From Octopus sinensis (Eukaryota), in contig NC_043000.1 of NCBI RefSeq assembly GCF_006345805.1, forward strand, positions 141,794,001 to 141,858,000: 64,000 bases of DNA. Direction: 5' to 3'. The notes beneath the pieces are model-generated. The model made no database searches and was not told where the DNA came from. It worked only from the letters and a program-made list of their open reading frames with translations. Shown here piece by piece: positions 1-12,633 of this stretch. A program made the position numbers and the translations under genes. Numbering within the stretch: the first letter of the stretch is position 1; each line of letters starts with the position of its first letter.

Positions 1-99
1 TATAATAAATGGTGGTATAATGTAAAAAGGGGTAACAAATTAGAATCAGTTTGATATAGCAAAGTTTTAGCTGTAGAAAGAAATATATTCGAGGGATAT

Positions 100-1000
100 T
101 TAGTGAGAAAGCGAGACGAGGCGCTTAGGAAAGGTAATGCAACTGACGTACTTGCAGCGAGGTTGATCCTCGATAAATACTTCAACGACAAGCATGAAGG
201 TTGCATTGTCAGACCTAAGGCACGTACTCTGAGACAAGAGGGAACCAATGCTGCAGAATGGACCCGGGTGGCCGAGGCGCAAAGTGGAAACAAAATCCCT
301 TCGTTTCTTGGTCGACCAAAATGGGCGGCTACAATTAACTTTTCTGTCTCGTTTCATGTCCCCTCCGTCAACCAAAACCTGCAATTTTACCTCCGGCAAT
401 TATGGTTTGTTACGTGAATCGTCTATGTAGTTGCATTCCTTTCCTACTGTTTGCCTTGTTGTTCTTCCGCTTCTCTTTGAATTTTCCTACTTTTGGAGTA
501 CCTCTGATCACTGATAATATTCTTTCATTACTCTGTACAACATAAGTCTTCAGAATCAGTATAGCAATATTAACAATGCTTCTGTATTTGGTTATTCTCT
601 ACCACCTTCCTTTCTTCTTAGTTAGAGTCGATCGGTATCATTTTTAGGGTGGAGTGCGTTGTGCATTGTGATCATCTTTCTAGCTATTCTATACAAGTTC
701 TGTAATTTGACGTTTGTCCATTTCAGAAACTGAGCAGAACACCTCAATACGGGCATAGCACATGTATATACGACGTTAGTGATGTTACCGCCTTCTTAAA
801 TCTCCCCTTGTATTCTTTTGTGATTTTCATTCCTATTATTCCTTCCATGTCCGTATCCTGTTGCAAATGTGTGTATTTAGGTGTGTTCCTTTTGGTAAGC
901 GCAGGATGTATAATATGTTTTGTCGCTTTTAGTTTTAATGGTTTTAATCCTTTGGTTTGTAATTTAACATTCAAAGCTACAAAGCCTAGTATTTAAAATC
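100..1000 (-). mobile_element. Decayed R4/Dong-clade non-LTR retrotransposon fragment (post-RT/thumb to zinc-knuckle region)
   Basis: Manual minus-strand translation near 590-690 gives RKMITMHNALHPKNDTDRL*LRRKEGGR, matching the H-P-K...RLY..RKEGGRG motif also seen in the fragments at 26.9 kb and 34.9 kb. Many stops and frameshifts. Confidence 0.7.
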
Positions 1001-1243
1001 CTAGCTCTTGGACGTGTCATTCGTTTTGTAACGGAATCTTTCAGGCGTTCATACGTAAACATAAATAGGTGGTATGTTTTAGCTGGTCAGTTTCTTAACT
1101 TCTTGCTGGTAGTACTGAGGGTTCTTCCTGCTGTCATTTGGAAGATGAGGGCTATTAGTCTGGCATGTGAGTACGTATGTTGGTATGTGTGTGTGTTTGT
1201 GTGTGTGTATGTGTGATTGTGTGTGTGTGTGAGAAATGGAGGA

Positions 1244-1304
<61 letters not shown>

Positions 1305-1309
1305 GATTG

Positions 1310-1870
1310 CACGAGTGAGTACAACTAAGTTTGCATATGCGTGTAGAATGTACCTGTGTACATAAGCATGCCATACGGTTATTAAATCGACATCAAGTCT
1401 AAAGATGTGAACCACACCCCCAGTAAATCCATAACCATGTCGTCAAGCTTGACAGACGTGTCCAAAGGACTCCGCACGCAATAGAGTAACTTTAATTTGA
1501 AAGACATTTAAACTTACCTCATTATTCTTTCCATTCTACATTTTTAATCAGCCACTTCCTGCCTCACGAGATCTGAATACGCAACGCAGTTATTCTGCTC
1601 CACGAATGCATTTTAGGAATCGACTACTACAGACACATCAATACTGACAACATCATCCAGCTGCACGTATGAGCGAAGTGCAAATTTTATTATTTAGAAG
1701 CCTCTTATGTCACCTGATGAGGTTTCTTTGGCATTGTTGGGTTGGGTTGGGGTGCATTCGATTTTATTTTATCGTTCCCCTCTCAATTGGGAGCAGGGAA
1801 AAAGTATGCCGAAACGATCGTTGTGAGAAATAAAGATTCCAGTACACTCTATATTCCGTATCAATTATTT
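1310..1870 (+). mobile_element. Penelope-like element 3' remnant / pseudo-LTR between TA-rich microsatellites
   Basis: Contains a hammerhead motif followed by AATAAA, then a (TA)n-rich tract. Weak upstream coding remnant (FPFYIF) like a GIY-YIG C-terminus. Confidence 0.5.
1710..1826 (+). ncRNA. Type I hammerhead ribozyme motif with long stem II insert
   Basis: tcac-CTGATGA-gg...cc-GAAAC-gatc-GTT-gtga. Stem I tcac/gtga, full core, palindromic stem III ACGATCGT, GUU cleavage triplet, AATAAA at 1829. Confidence 0.75.
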
Positions 1871-1874
1871 AGAA

Positions 1875-2240
1875 TATATATGTATATATAGTGTGTGTTT
1901 GTGTACGTGTATGTGTGTGCATTTGCATGTATATATATAAATGTATATAAATATATATATGTATATATGTGTGTGTATATATATGTAGATATATAGATAT
2001 ATGTGTATATATATATTTATATATATATATATTTATATATATATACATACATCTATCTATCTCTCTATCTATATATATATATATGTATATATATATGTGT
2101 ATATTTATATATATGTACATATATGTATATATATGTATATATTTATATATATGTACATATATGTATATATACATATATACATGTATATATATAAATACAC
2201 ACACACATATACATACATATACGTATATGTATGTATTATG
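1875..2240. repeat. TA/TG/CA-rich low-complexity tract
   Basis: Direct inspection. Confidence 0.95.
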
Positions 2241-2574
2241 TATACAATTAGTTTCCCTGAATAATACAATGGAACTGATTTGATTATTGGAGATTAACAA
2301 AATAAGTCAGTTTGTAAATTATAATAAACTTAAAGGCAAACTCTACTTCCATCATTATAATTTTAATCCAATTAATGTATTGTATATTCGTATACATGAC
2401 CTTTTTCTCGTACATTATATAAAAGAACTGAATTACATATTTTTCTGAGAACTATTCTAAATAAGAAATGAGCTGTCGGCAAATACCATTCATTAACGAT
2501 GGAAATACATAAAGGAGAATTTGTTTATTTGATTGCAAAGCAATATAAATACAACAGTAACAACAACGAAAACA

Positions 2575-2619
<45 letters not shown>

Positions 2620-2673
2620 GTGTTGATGATGTGGAGGAGAATATTATTATCATTATTATTATTATTATTATTG

Positions 2674-2708
<35 letters not shown>

Positions 2709-2880
2709 GTTATTATTATTATTATTATTAATAATAATAATAATAATAATAATGATAATAATATTAATAATAATAATAATTGTAATAATAATAATACTAC
2801 TACTACTACTAATAATAATAATGATGAGGATGAGGAGGATGAGGATGATGATGATAATAATAATGATGATGATGATGATG

Positions 2881-2928
<48 letters not shown>

Positions 2929-3003
2929 TAATAATAATACTAATGATAATAATAATAATAATGATAATAATAATAATAATAATGATAATAATAATAATAA
3001 TAA

Positions 3004-3047
<44 letters not shown>

Positions 3048-3140
3048 GAAGAAGAAGAAGAAGAAGAAGAGGAAGGAGGAGGAGGAGAAGAAGAAGAAGA
3101 AGCAGAAGAAGAAGAAGAAGAAGAAGAAGAAGAAAATAAT
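2575..3140. repeat. Compound trinucleotide microsatellite (GAT)n(ATT)n(AAT)n(GAA)n
   Basis: Direct inspection; explains the poly-D/I/N ORFs. Confidence 0.97.
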
Positions 3141-3764
3141 AATTAATGTATATCTGAAAATAAGGATAAACACAAACAGCTACGTTCGCTTTTATGCAGG
3201 AGTATGTGCAGTGATCGGCATGCACAAAATCTGCACACATATATATATAAGCATAAACACAAGCCCACATGCATAGAAATGCACAAACAAGAACGATGTA
3301 GCTGTGTGTGTGTGTGTGTGTGTGTGTGCATAAGCGTTAATGTTAGTGGGTGTGTATGAAATAGATGAAATAGATGCATGCCTCCAGGATGGCAGTTTAT
3401 TGATAGACACACATATAGATATTTATGGCAATAATATACACATGTTGCCATTAAGTGCATTCACCGCCATGAGTACAAATCTATCAAATTTTTATGCTCA
3501 AACGTATTACACATATACACGAACACAGACGTACTCACACACGCACACATGCACACATACTCATACGTACACACACATATATAAAGGTAACTTGTGACCA
3601 GTACGTGTGTATGTTATAGCACGTGAAGGATGTGTAAGTTTAGATCAAGAAATATATGCAAAATATATTTATGTTCTGATTTTTCTCTTTCGTTGAAAGA
3701 GTGACTATGATATACAAATTGTACATACATATACACGTACATATGAATATGCAAGCATATGTGT

Positions 3765-3767
3765 ATG

Positions 3768-3801
<34 letters not shown>

Positions 3802-3934
3802 CGTGTGTGTGTGTGTGTGCGTTTGTGCGCGTCAGTGTGTGTGCGTGTGTCTGTGGCTGTGACTCTGTGTGTCTCTCTCTCTTTCGGTATATATATATAG
3901 AGAGAGAGAGAGATAGATAGATAGATAGACAGAC

Positions 3935-3974
<40 letters not shown>

Positions 3975-3976
3975 GG

Positions 3977-4007
<31 letters not shown>

Positions 4008-4176
4008 GATGGATAGATAGATAGATAGATAGACAGATAGATAGATAGATAGACAGACAGCCATATAGATAGACAGACAGACATACATGCATACATACAT
4101 ACAGACACATAGTTAGATAGATAGTTAGATAGATAGATGGATAGATAGATAGATAGTTAGATAGATAGATGGATAG

Positions 4177-4233
<57 letters not shown>

Positions 4234-4335
4234 CAGATAGATAGATAGACAGACAGCCATATAGATAGACAGACAGACATACATGCATACATACATACAG
4301 ACACATAGTTAGATAGATAGTTAGATAGATAGATG

Positions 4336-4411
<76 letters not shown>

Positions 4412-4460
4412 GATATATAGATAGACAGACATACATATATACATACATACATACAGACAC

Positions 4461-4539
<79 letters not shown>

Positions 4540-4545
4540 TAGATA
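3765..4545. repeat. (TA)n(TG)n(GA)n then (GATA)n satellite with a ~196-bp higher-order unit
   Basis: Variant block agacagccatatagatagacagacagacatacatgc recurs at ~4055 and ~4251, partially at ~4415. Confidence 0.9.
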
Positions 4546-5155
4546 CAGAGGTATATATAGACATAAAGCGTGAACATATAAACTTAAGGATTTTGCATAT
4601 CAAATTATACAGACACTGCGAACGAATGTTCTCTGAATCAGCCTGGAGGCTATAAAATTAGTAATAACCTTCGCAGTCTCTAACTAACAACCTTGAAAAG
4701 AATTCATAATATCATTCTCCCGTTATCATAAATCAATTCACGCATCGATCAATATTTGCAGCGTTGTCTATGTGAAGTTTCTCATACCAAGAAAGGAGCG
4801 TCTTAATGAAATGTCTTTGAACTTCGTGTATCAGAACCTCACTGAATGTTTATATTTTTACCGAAGCATCGGTGGTAAATTGAAATGATGTGCAAATGGC
4901 TTGAAATGTAAGGCAACTCATCCCGAAATTGTAGACTACAGTTTGAAATAGGATGTAATGTATATGTATGTACACTTGTAAAACGAGCAGGATGTAACTA
5001 CTGGGACGCATTTAATAATAGGCGAACTTGAATAGAATTGAATGGGATAAAAAAAAACCAGCAATATCAACAAAGAGAACTTCAGCAACAACAAAATATC
5101 AATTTATATTTTCACAGAATAAACGTTGTTTTACATAATATTTATACAGTCCAAT

Positions 5156-5739
5156 GCGGCGAGCTGGCAGAAACGTTAAATCGCCGGGCAAAACGCTTAG
5201 CGGTATTTCGTCTGCCGCTATGTTCTGAGTTCAAATTCCGCCGAGGTTGACTTTGCTTTTCATCCTTTCGGGGTCGATTAAATAAGTAGCAGTTACGCAC
5301 TGGGGTTGATATAATCGGCTTAATCCGTTTGTCTGTCCTTGTTTGTCCTCTCTGTGTTTAGCCCCTTGTGGGTAGTAAAGAAATAGATATTTCGTCTAAG
5401 CTACTACGTTCTGAGTTCAAATTCTGCCGAGGTCGACTTTGCCTTTCATCCTTTCGGGGTCGATTATGTAAGTACCAGTTCGCACTGGGGGTCGATATAA
5501 TCGACTTAACCCGTTTGTCAGTCCTTGTTTGTCCTCTCTGTGTTTAACCCCTTGTGGTTAGTAAAGAAGTAGGTATTTCGTCTGCCGCTTCGTTCTGAGT
5601 TCAAATTCCGCCGAGGTCAACTTTGCCTTTCACAATTTCGGGGGTCGATAAATTAAGTACCAGCTGCATACTGGGGTCAATCTAATCGGCTGGATCCCTC
5701 CCCCAAAATTTTGGGCCTTGTAACTAGAGTAGAAAAGAA
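5156..5739 (+). mobile_element. tRNA-derived SINE family A with internal triplication of the B-box/central domain
   Basis: Head gcggcgagctggcagaaacgttA; gttctgagttcaaattccgccgagg..gactttgcctttcatcctttcggggtcga occurs three times; homologous copies elsewhere in window. Confidence 0.9.
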
Positions 5740-6292
5740 TATTTGTATTGTCCGTTCTATTGCATTAAGATTCCATTCAATTTATATTGGAATCACGTGT
5801 ATTTTATCATACTTTTGTTGATGATATCGAACCAATGGGCGCTGATGACGCGGATATATAGCCCAAAGCCTTTTTATGCATGGATGGTGTATCCATCTTG
5901 CAGCTCTTAGAGATTAATGTTTGCTTATTACTCGTGTACATTGCTCAAAATCATATGCATCAATAACACCTTCATATCGATTATCAACCCACGCAGTGTA
6001 ATGTTGTCACTAAAATACCACACACTACAGAATGACGACTAACTGACCAGAAATTTGTGTTCCCCTTGAACACGTGTAGCTATCAAGGCAAAAAAATTAT
6101 AATGTGGAAATAGGACCCTGGAAAAGTATCAGTTGATATTAACTTTCTCCCTTCCCTAAAATATGGAAATTTTGATGATAAATTTGATGTTGCTATGGTA
6201 GTAAACAAAAGCAATCTAACCTAAATTGATTAAGGGAGTAAATACTAAGCAATAATAAATCTCTGAATGAGGTATAAACAGTAGCTGCACGA

Positions 6293-6364
6293 CAATGTGA
6301 AGTATATTTGCCACTTAATGGTTAGTGGTTAGCCACATTTAAGTGGCAAATATACTTCACATTG
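6293..6364. repeat. Perfect 26-bp-arm inverted repeat (hairpin)
   Basis: caatgtgaagtatatttgccacttaa (6293-6318) / ttaagtggcaaatatacttcacattg (6339-6364). Confidence 0.95.
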
Positions 6365-6640
6365 GAGTAAATACCCTTGCCTAGAAAATATTAAATTGTT
6401 TCTCAAATCCCCTTCACTCCCTCTCCCATCATAAGATGTTGTGATCTTATTCTAGTCTCACGAAACATCAAATAATGTCTTGCTGAAGCAAACTTCTATT
6501 AAATACATATAACTCTAGCCAAATGTATTGAGCATTACTGTGTTACCTTTCTTCATTTTTAATACGCTTCACTTCATATACTTTAATCAGACTCTGCGCA
6601 ATTCCAAATCTAACTGAACGATATGCTGAACTCGTGTATG

Positions 6641-6676
<36 letters not shown>

Positions 6677-9379
6677 ATGTGTGTGTGTGTGTGGTGTGTG
6701 TGTGTGTATTTACGCGCACGTATATGCAAACGAATTTAAGGCTACTTTATATCTGTTTATTTAAAAGCATTTCGTGCTTCTTTTAATCCTATTCGAATAA
6801 GTTGTTTATCATAGCACATATCTAATGAAATTATATCACCAATTTCAACATTCGAAATTCCAACCTTCATATCATACACTTCAAGAAAATAAATATTTGT
6901 TGGTTTTTACCAGGCATAACATTTTATTCATTATATAAGAAATTTTAGCCGCAAAATATTCCATAGACATGCCTTAAGAGAGCTATAACGGAATTTGTGA
7001 CTTGAAAATATCTGTTTGTTTCTCGAAATATAAATAATATTTTCTTAATTTGTTGTAGTAATGTGAACAGATAAATGATGCCATAGAATGAATATCATGA
7101 ATTATTTTTCGTTCTATTTATAAGCAGAGAAAAATCATCGGCGTTACGTCATTTACGAAAAAATGCAATTTCAAATTCGACAGAAGTTACTTTTGAACTG
7201 GATTGAAATTAATCGAAATTTTGAATCGTTTATCTTTTATAATGTGTTTTTTTTTAATATGACCTCAAATTATGGGGATGTTAATATTTCTTGAATGGAG
7301 CTGTACTGCTGTAGATATCCCCACGGGCATTTGCTATTAAAATCTGTGAAATCGTTAAAAAAGCCTTTTATGTAACCCGAAAGTGTCAATGAGATGACCA
7401 CCAAGTTTGTAGACAACACAGTTAGTCTCAAAGATTAAGAAAGATGCTGGCTGGCCGATTCCTTGTATTTACGGTTTTTTACTATCTCTGCTCTATATGT
7501 GACGAAAGAATACTGAACTGACAATGTGTAATGCGAAGAGCATTATAAGTATCCACGTCTAATGGGAAACAACTATATGCATATTTTAACATTTTTTTTT
7601 CACTGAGAAAAGAAGGCAATGGCCCTCATTTACTTGGCCTCTTAAAGAGATAAAAGATAGGACGTATCCGCAAACTGGGGACATCGCTCGAGTGCGTGCA
7701 CCGTTGTGGACTCTAATATAGACATCTGAGATGACGATTCAACTGGGCGATGGATTAAATTTGCCTAACTAGTAAACTATGGTGAGAAGTGAACACAGAA
7801 TGTAATAAGAGAGAGAAATAGTACGGGGCATCCAGTCTGATGATTTTACGCTTTTTCCAATCCACTATTCTCAATTTGATACTTTCTTTTATAAAATCGG
7901 AAAGGAGAAAAGCAAAGTTGGTCTTGACGATATTTGAACACACATCGCAGATGATCAAAACAAAAGCAGTGAGGCATTTTTAACGAACATGCCAAAGACC
8001 CGTCAAGTAGCTAACAATCACCAACTCAAAATGTTGATGGAATTCTAATGTGGGTCACCACTTAATGATAGAGTTGTTTGAAGAAAATGATTTTTGATAA
8101 GTTTGTAGGATGCCCACCTCATCAATCAGATTACGACATTAAATATGAATTTTGTTAGAATACTACTCCAGCACTCTGAGCAAATCTGAAATAGGGGACA
8201 CCATTGCTTGGCAAATTTTCCAAAAGAGCAAATGGTAGACACATGCAACCTTGTACCGTAACAAGATATTGATGAAACTTGAAAGATAAGCTGTAGTTCA
8301 ATTTTGCTTCATAGTTAAAGGTATCTCCATCCCAATGATCTGTTATCATAATAGTTAATCTAGAAAATAATGATTAGTAGTATCCAATTCCACTGAATAC
8401 TCTCCCTTGACAGGTTGTAACATTATCGGAATGAAATTTCAATGGGGTCAATAAACATAGTTTAACATTAATAATAGTGTCTATTTAGAAATTTTCAAAT
8501 AATTAAATTCTTATGCAAATGGATCACAATCATTAACCTCGAATTTTAGTGAATGATATAAACTGAACTTTTGATATTCATTGTTATTTCAGAAAAGTGA
8601 AAACATAGAGGTGTAAAAAACTATTTCAGATGAAATAGCTTTAAACGAGAATGCTCAGCTATGATAAATATTACGTTGGAAAGAATGTCCTGTTGCATCT
8701 CAAGATTTAGAAATAAACAAATGCTTCTTTGGTCTTAATTGATATATTTAATCAAAATAACACCTCATCTCATTATTGAGACCAATAATGGGATTATATA
8801 AAAGTATTGGAGAAATAAGTATCGACACATACGCACAAAATCTTTCATATGATAAAATAATTAATTTTCATAAATTTATCATTCGAGTGTCTAATGGATT
8901 TATGATTATAGTACAGTGCATTATCAATTTGAGATTTACAGATGACTCATTTGCTACCCCTCATCTCAATGTATACAAGCTTCTATGTTGCATGCTGAAA
9001 GAGCGAATAACATAGAGAAGCGCTTTACAAAATTTGTTGCGACATGCGAGATCCAAGTATGGCTACAATTAAGCATATACATGTCAATAAAATGCTTTCT
9101 TTGGCTCGCTACCATATTTAGCTTAGCTTTGAAAACAAAGAACAAGTAAGAAGGACTGAATATGTGTTTGATGAACTCTGAGTATTTAGCAGCAATAATA
9201 ACACTTTTTTCTTTCCAGTAACTAGAGCTATATGTCCTCTTTTTTCTCTCATCATTTCTCTCTGACTAGCATTGCAAGTTGTAGGTGTTGTTATTACTCC
9301 CACAAATCGATCCGATTTATTAGCAATATCATTGAAGCTATTAGCAATTCAGCACTCTTTTAGGAACAGTGTATTTCAA

Positions 9380-10000
9380 ATTCTCATATCCAGTGTGGCG
9401 TTCCATCAGCTAAAGCGGTTCCATTTACGTGTAGTCTTTAAAGGGGGATTGGTTGCTGACTCTAGTTTTTCACTTTGGCTTGAGACACAGTAATGCATTT
9501 TCCCTAGATCTTCAGTTTAGTATCTTCCGCTTCTCTCATATATTCAGATGAACAATATCATCCAATACAGTCTCTAAACTTGTCTTGAGCCTACAGAGAG
9601 GCCATGACCCTTTCAGTCAGTCATCTTCTTCCACAGTCATCAACGAAGTATTAAGTGATATGGCGCATCTTCTCTCTGGCTTCTATTTGAAAAAGGCTTC
9701 ACCTGGTCTCTTCATAAACACGTGTTGCATAGCTGAACATCATTCGTTCTTGCATGGTGATGATGCTCCACTGGTTGATTAGTGCAGTCTTATCCATGTT
9801 CTCGTTTGTGGTATGGTTACACCATACTACCTTTTGCGACGACCGTGGAAAACATTTGCATTTCTAGAACTTATTCGTAAATTCTTATTCATCTTGGATC
9901 TAGGAATTTTGATGGGAAATCCAGCATACGGCACCTAATGTGGATGAGGAATACTCACAGTCCTTGGCTTTGCCGGCGAGCTAGTAATCCTCACTATTAC
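9380..10000 (+). mobile_element. Highly decayed RT fragment, possibly R2/NeSL-type non-LTR element
   Basis: Degenerate RT motifs in the expected order: VVFKGGLVADS (like IPKGG), SLQRG, FYLKKAS (like DLxKAFD), LGFAGELVIL (like LAFADDLVL) near 9965-9995. Confidence 0.45.
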
Positions 10001-11063
10001 ATCTGAGGCAATGCAAAATATGACGCTTTCTTTATAAACAATATTGTATATTTTCTTGTAGCTCATTGGATGATGAAGCTCAATAAATCGTACCGAGTGA
10101 TATACGAACTAATGTTGTAGGATTCAGACCGAATATCAAATGACAAGTAAAATATAATGAAATATTAAAATATAATGAAATGGTTTGAGAATATATCGAA
10201 AAACTAGTGGTGGTGTCACAGACAGTCATGATTTATTATTATTATTTTTCTATTATTGTTCAGAATTGGTGAATAATCTAAGGTAGAAGAATCATTAGAA
10301 AGGAAATATCGTGAAAAAGCTAGAGTTATATATAAACTGAACATAAAAATATAATGAAGAAGTATATCGGTTAGCTTAGGTTAGCTGACATTTCAACATG
10401 ACAAATGAATTATGAATTGAAGTTTCCAAGGGTCATGCGTTTTGATTTTCTCACAACACCCTTTTATTCGGGTGGCAATAATAAGTGTAGTTTAAGAGAA
10501 TTCCACACTATTTTTAGTTCGTTTCGGGCATAATTCATGTATTTGTTCATTTTTTTTGTTTTTCCGTTTTTCCGTGTATTATGATGTTATGAAATGATCG
10601 AGTAAGGTGAAAGACAGTGAAAGAGAAATAGCGAGAGAAAGAGAGAGAGAGAAAAAAAGGAAGATAACTAACATAAGACAGGCAGAAGCAGAGAGAAGTT
10701 TATACAATTATAGAAAGCGAAACGTCGGATATTAGTGAAGGGAGGGATAGAAAGAGGAGGAAAAATAGCCATAACATAAATAGTAATATGTTCAATAAAT
10801 GTTATTGCATTACTTGAAGGAGCGAACAATCAATGTAAAGTAGGTGGTGTGAGCTTTTGACCAGCTAAGTCACGAATTGGATGTTTTTACTTTATTTAAC
10901 ACCATGTAAAATTTAATCGAGCTGATGTGCGTTCGAATGCTTTCCGGCCGTGACCATACCTTCGTTTTAAGGCTACATAGGGCTTTATTATGTGATGGGT
11001 CCTTCCATTTAAAGACGAAAATTTGTGACTTGCAGATTTGGTCGCAAATTATTAGCAATATAT

Positions 11064-11122
11064 ACACACACACACACGGGCGCACACACACACGGGCGCA
11101 CACACACACGGGCGCACACATA
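11064..11122. repeat. Minisatellite (cacacacacgggcg) x3
   Basis: Direct inspection. Confidence 0.85.
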
Positions 11123-11569
11123 CACTTGGGAATAGGATATTATAGAAAGAGAAAGATTCATAAAAATATTCATTTTAAAACTAATGGAATTAGTATATAG
11201 ATTAGTTAGTCAAAATTTTCTGATAAAACATATACAATATTTACATATAATCCACTAAATGTCAAAATCAGCACAGAAGACTAAACAGTTTTTTCGCTGA
11301 AATTATAAACACGGTTATCGATTCTTGTTACATTCATTATTCGAAAGAGTTCTGATTGACGAGAGAATATATAGCGAAACACAGCTATCCAGAAACCCTC
11401 GCAGTAATGAATCGTGTGTGTTAGAAACACACAGTCCTCGTAAAGGATGAGCTATTCTCTTGTGGGAAGCACAGCATCAATTAGCAGATTTGTATGTGAT
11501 TTTGTCGGAACGTATTAAGAATAAATATGGAAATTCTCGTTTCGATCCTTGCTGTTCATCGTGCAAGTA

Positions 11570-11877
11570 ACGAATTGTTTGTTCCTTCTCGGGCCATGCC
11601 TGGCTCATAAGCGCCCGTTTCTCGGTTTCCTTGGCGTATAGGTTCCTCACTTGGACGGAACGCCGGTCCGTCGCAAGTGAGTTGCAAGATGCAGGAGGAA
11701 AGAGTGAGAGAAAGTTGTGGCGGAGGAGTCAGCAGAAGTTCGCCATTACCTTCTGCCGGAGCCACGAGGAGCTTAGGTGCTTCGCTCATAAACACACACA
11801 TCGCCCGGTCTGTGATTCGAACCCGCGATCCCTCGACCGCGAGTCCGCTTCTCTAACCACTAGGACATGCACCTCCA
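11570..11877 (-). mobile_element. tRNA-derived SINE family C
   Basis: Reverse complement begins tggaggtgcatgtcctagtggttagagaagcggactcgcggtcgagggatcgcgggttcgaatc (A and B boxes); homologous to 40189-40575 and 59982-60288. Confidence 0.85.
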
Positions 11878-12230
11878 TAAATAACGACTTATTATCGAGA
11901 ATAAAACAATTCAAGCAATATGCAATGGCTAAATATAGATATTAAAGGTAAGTGCAATTTAACAAGAGGAAAATAAGTTTGACTTAACAACAGAAATAGT
12001 TACTTAGATTGACTATCGATGGTCAATTCATTTTACCAATTTTGGGTTTTAGTACTATATATGCGCGCGCTTGTATACATTGGTTGAAGGGGGTTTGTGT
12101 GCAAACGCTTCAACATTATTCATAAATATATATATATATTCATACATATCTTGCATGTTTTTATTCTCCACCTCACTCCCCATTTTGTATCACATCTAAA
12201 CTAACTATGACTTAACTATCCTTTCACACC

Positions 12231-12282
12231 GTTTCCGATGAAGGGATATAATTAATAAATAACCTAGAAGCAGCTGTAAGAC
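12231..12282 (+). ncRNA. Degenerate hammerhead motif in a short Penelope-like repeat between (TA)n tracts
   Basis: gttt-cCGATGA-agg...cct-a-GAAg-CAGCTG-TA-agac; palindromic stem III; two core substitutions. Confidence 0.55.
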
Positions 12283-12600
12283 CTTCTATCTATAAATGGT
12301 CTAATATCTACACAGTCTTGTTTTTTTTTATCTTATTACGGAAAAAATTCTTTTATATATATATATATATATATATAGCTAATGCAGAAGTCACAATTTT
12401 CTTTCGATTTTAATTTTGTATTTTTTTCACCTTTTAACACGTTCTCTCTTACCAACAAAATATTTACATCTCAACCATTAGAGGACTTTATATTTTCCTG
12501 AACAGGAAACTAATACAATAAGCTTAACCTTGCATCCGTGCCTAGTTTTTTCATTGTGTTCTTTTATGCTTATCTTTCTGTCTATCCATCCGGCTATGCA

Positions 12601-12633
<33 letters not shown>

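Noticed and set aside
1869-4603. Many 100-170 aa ORFs (YIYI, LSIY, poly-N/D)
   Set aside because: Simple-repeat artefacts.
5843-5875. CTGATGA followed by a short possible stem
   Set aside because: No GAAA or stem III, so a hammerhead cannot be built.
7250-8350. Complex, slightly GC-richer block that may be an old transposon
   Set aside because: No recognisable protein motif or termini.
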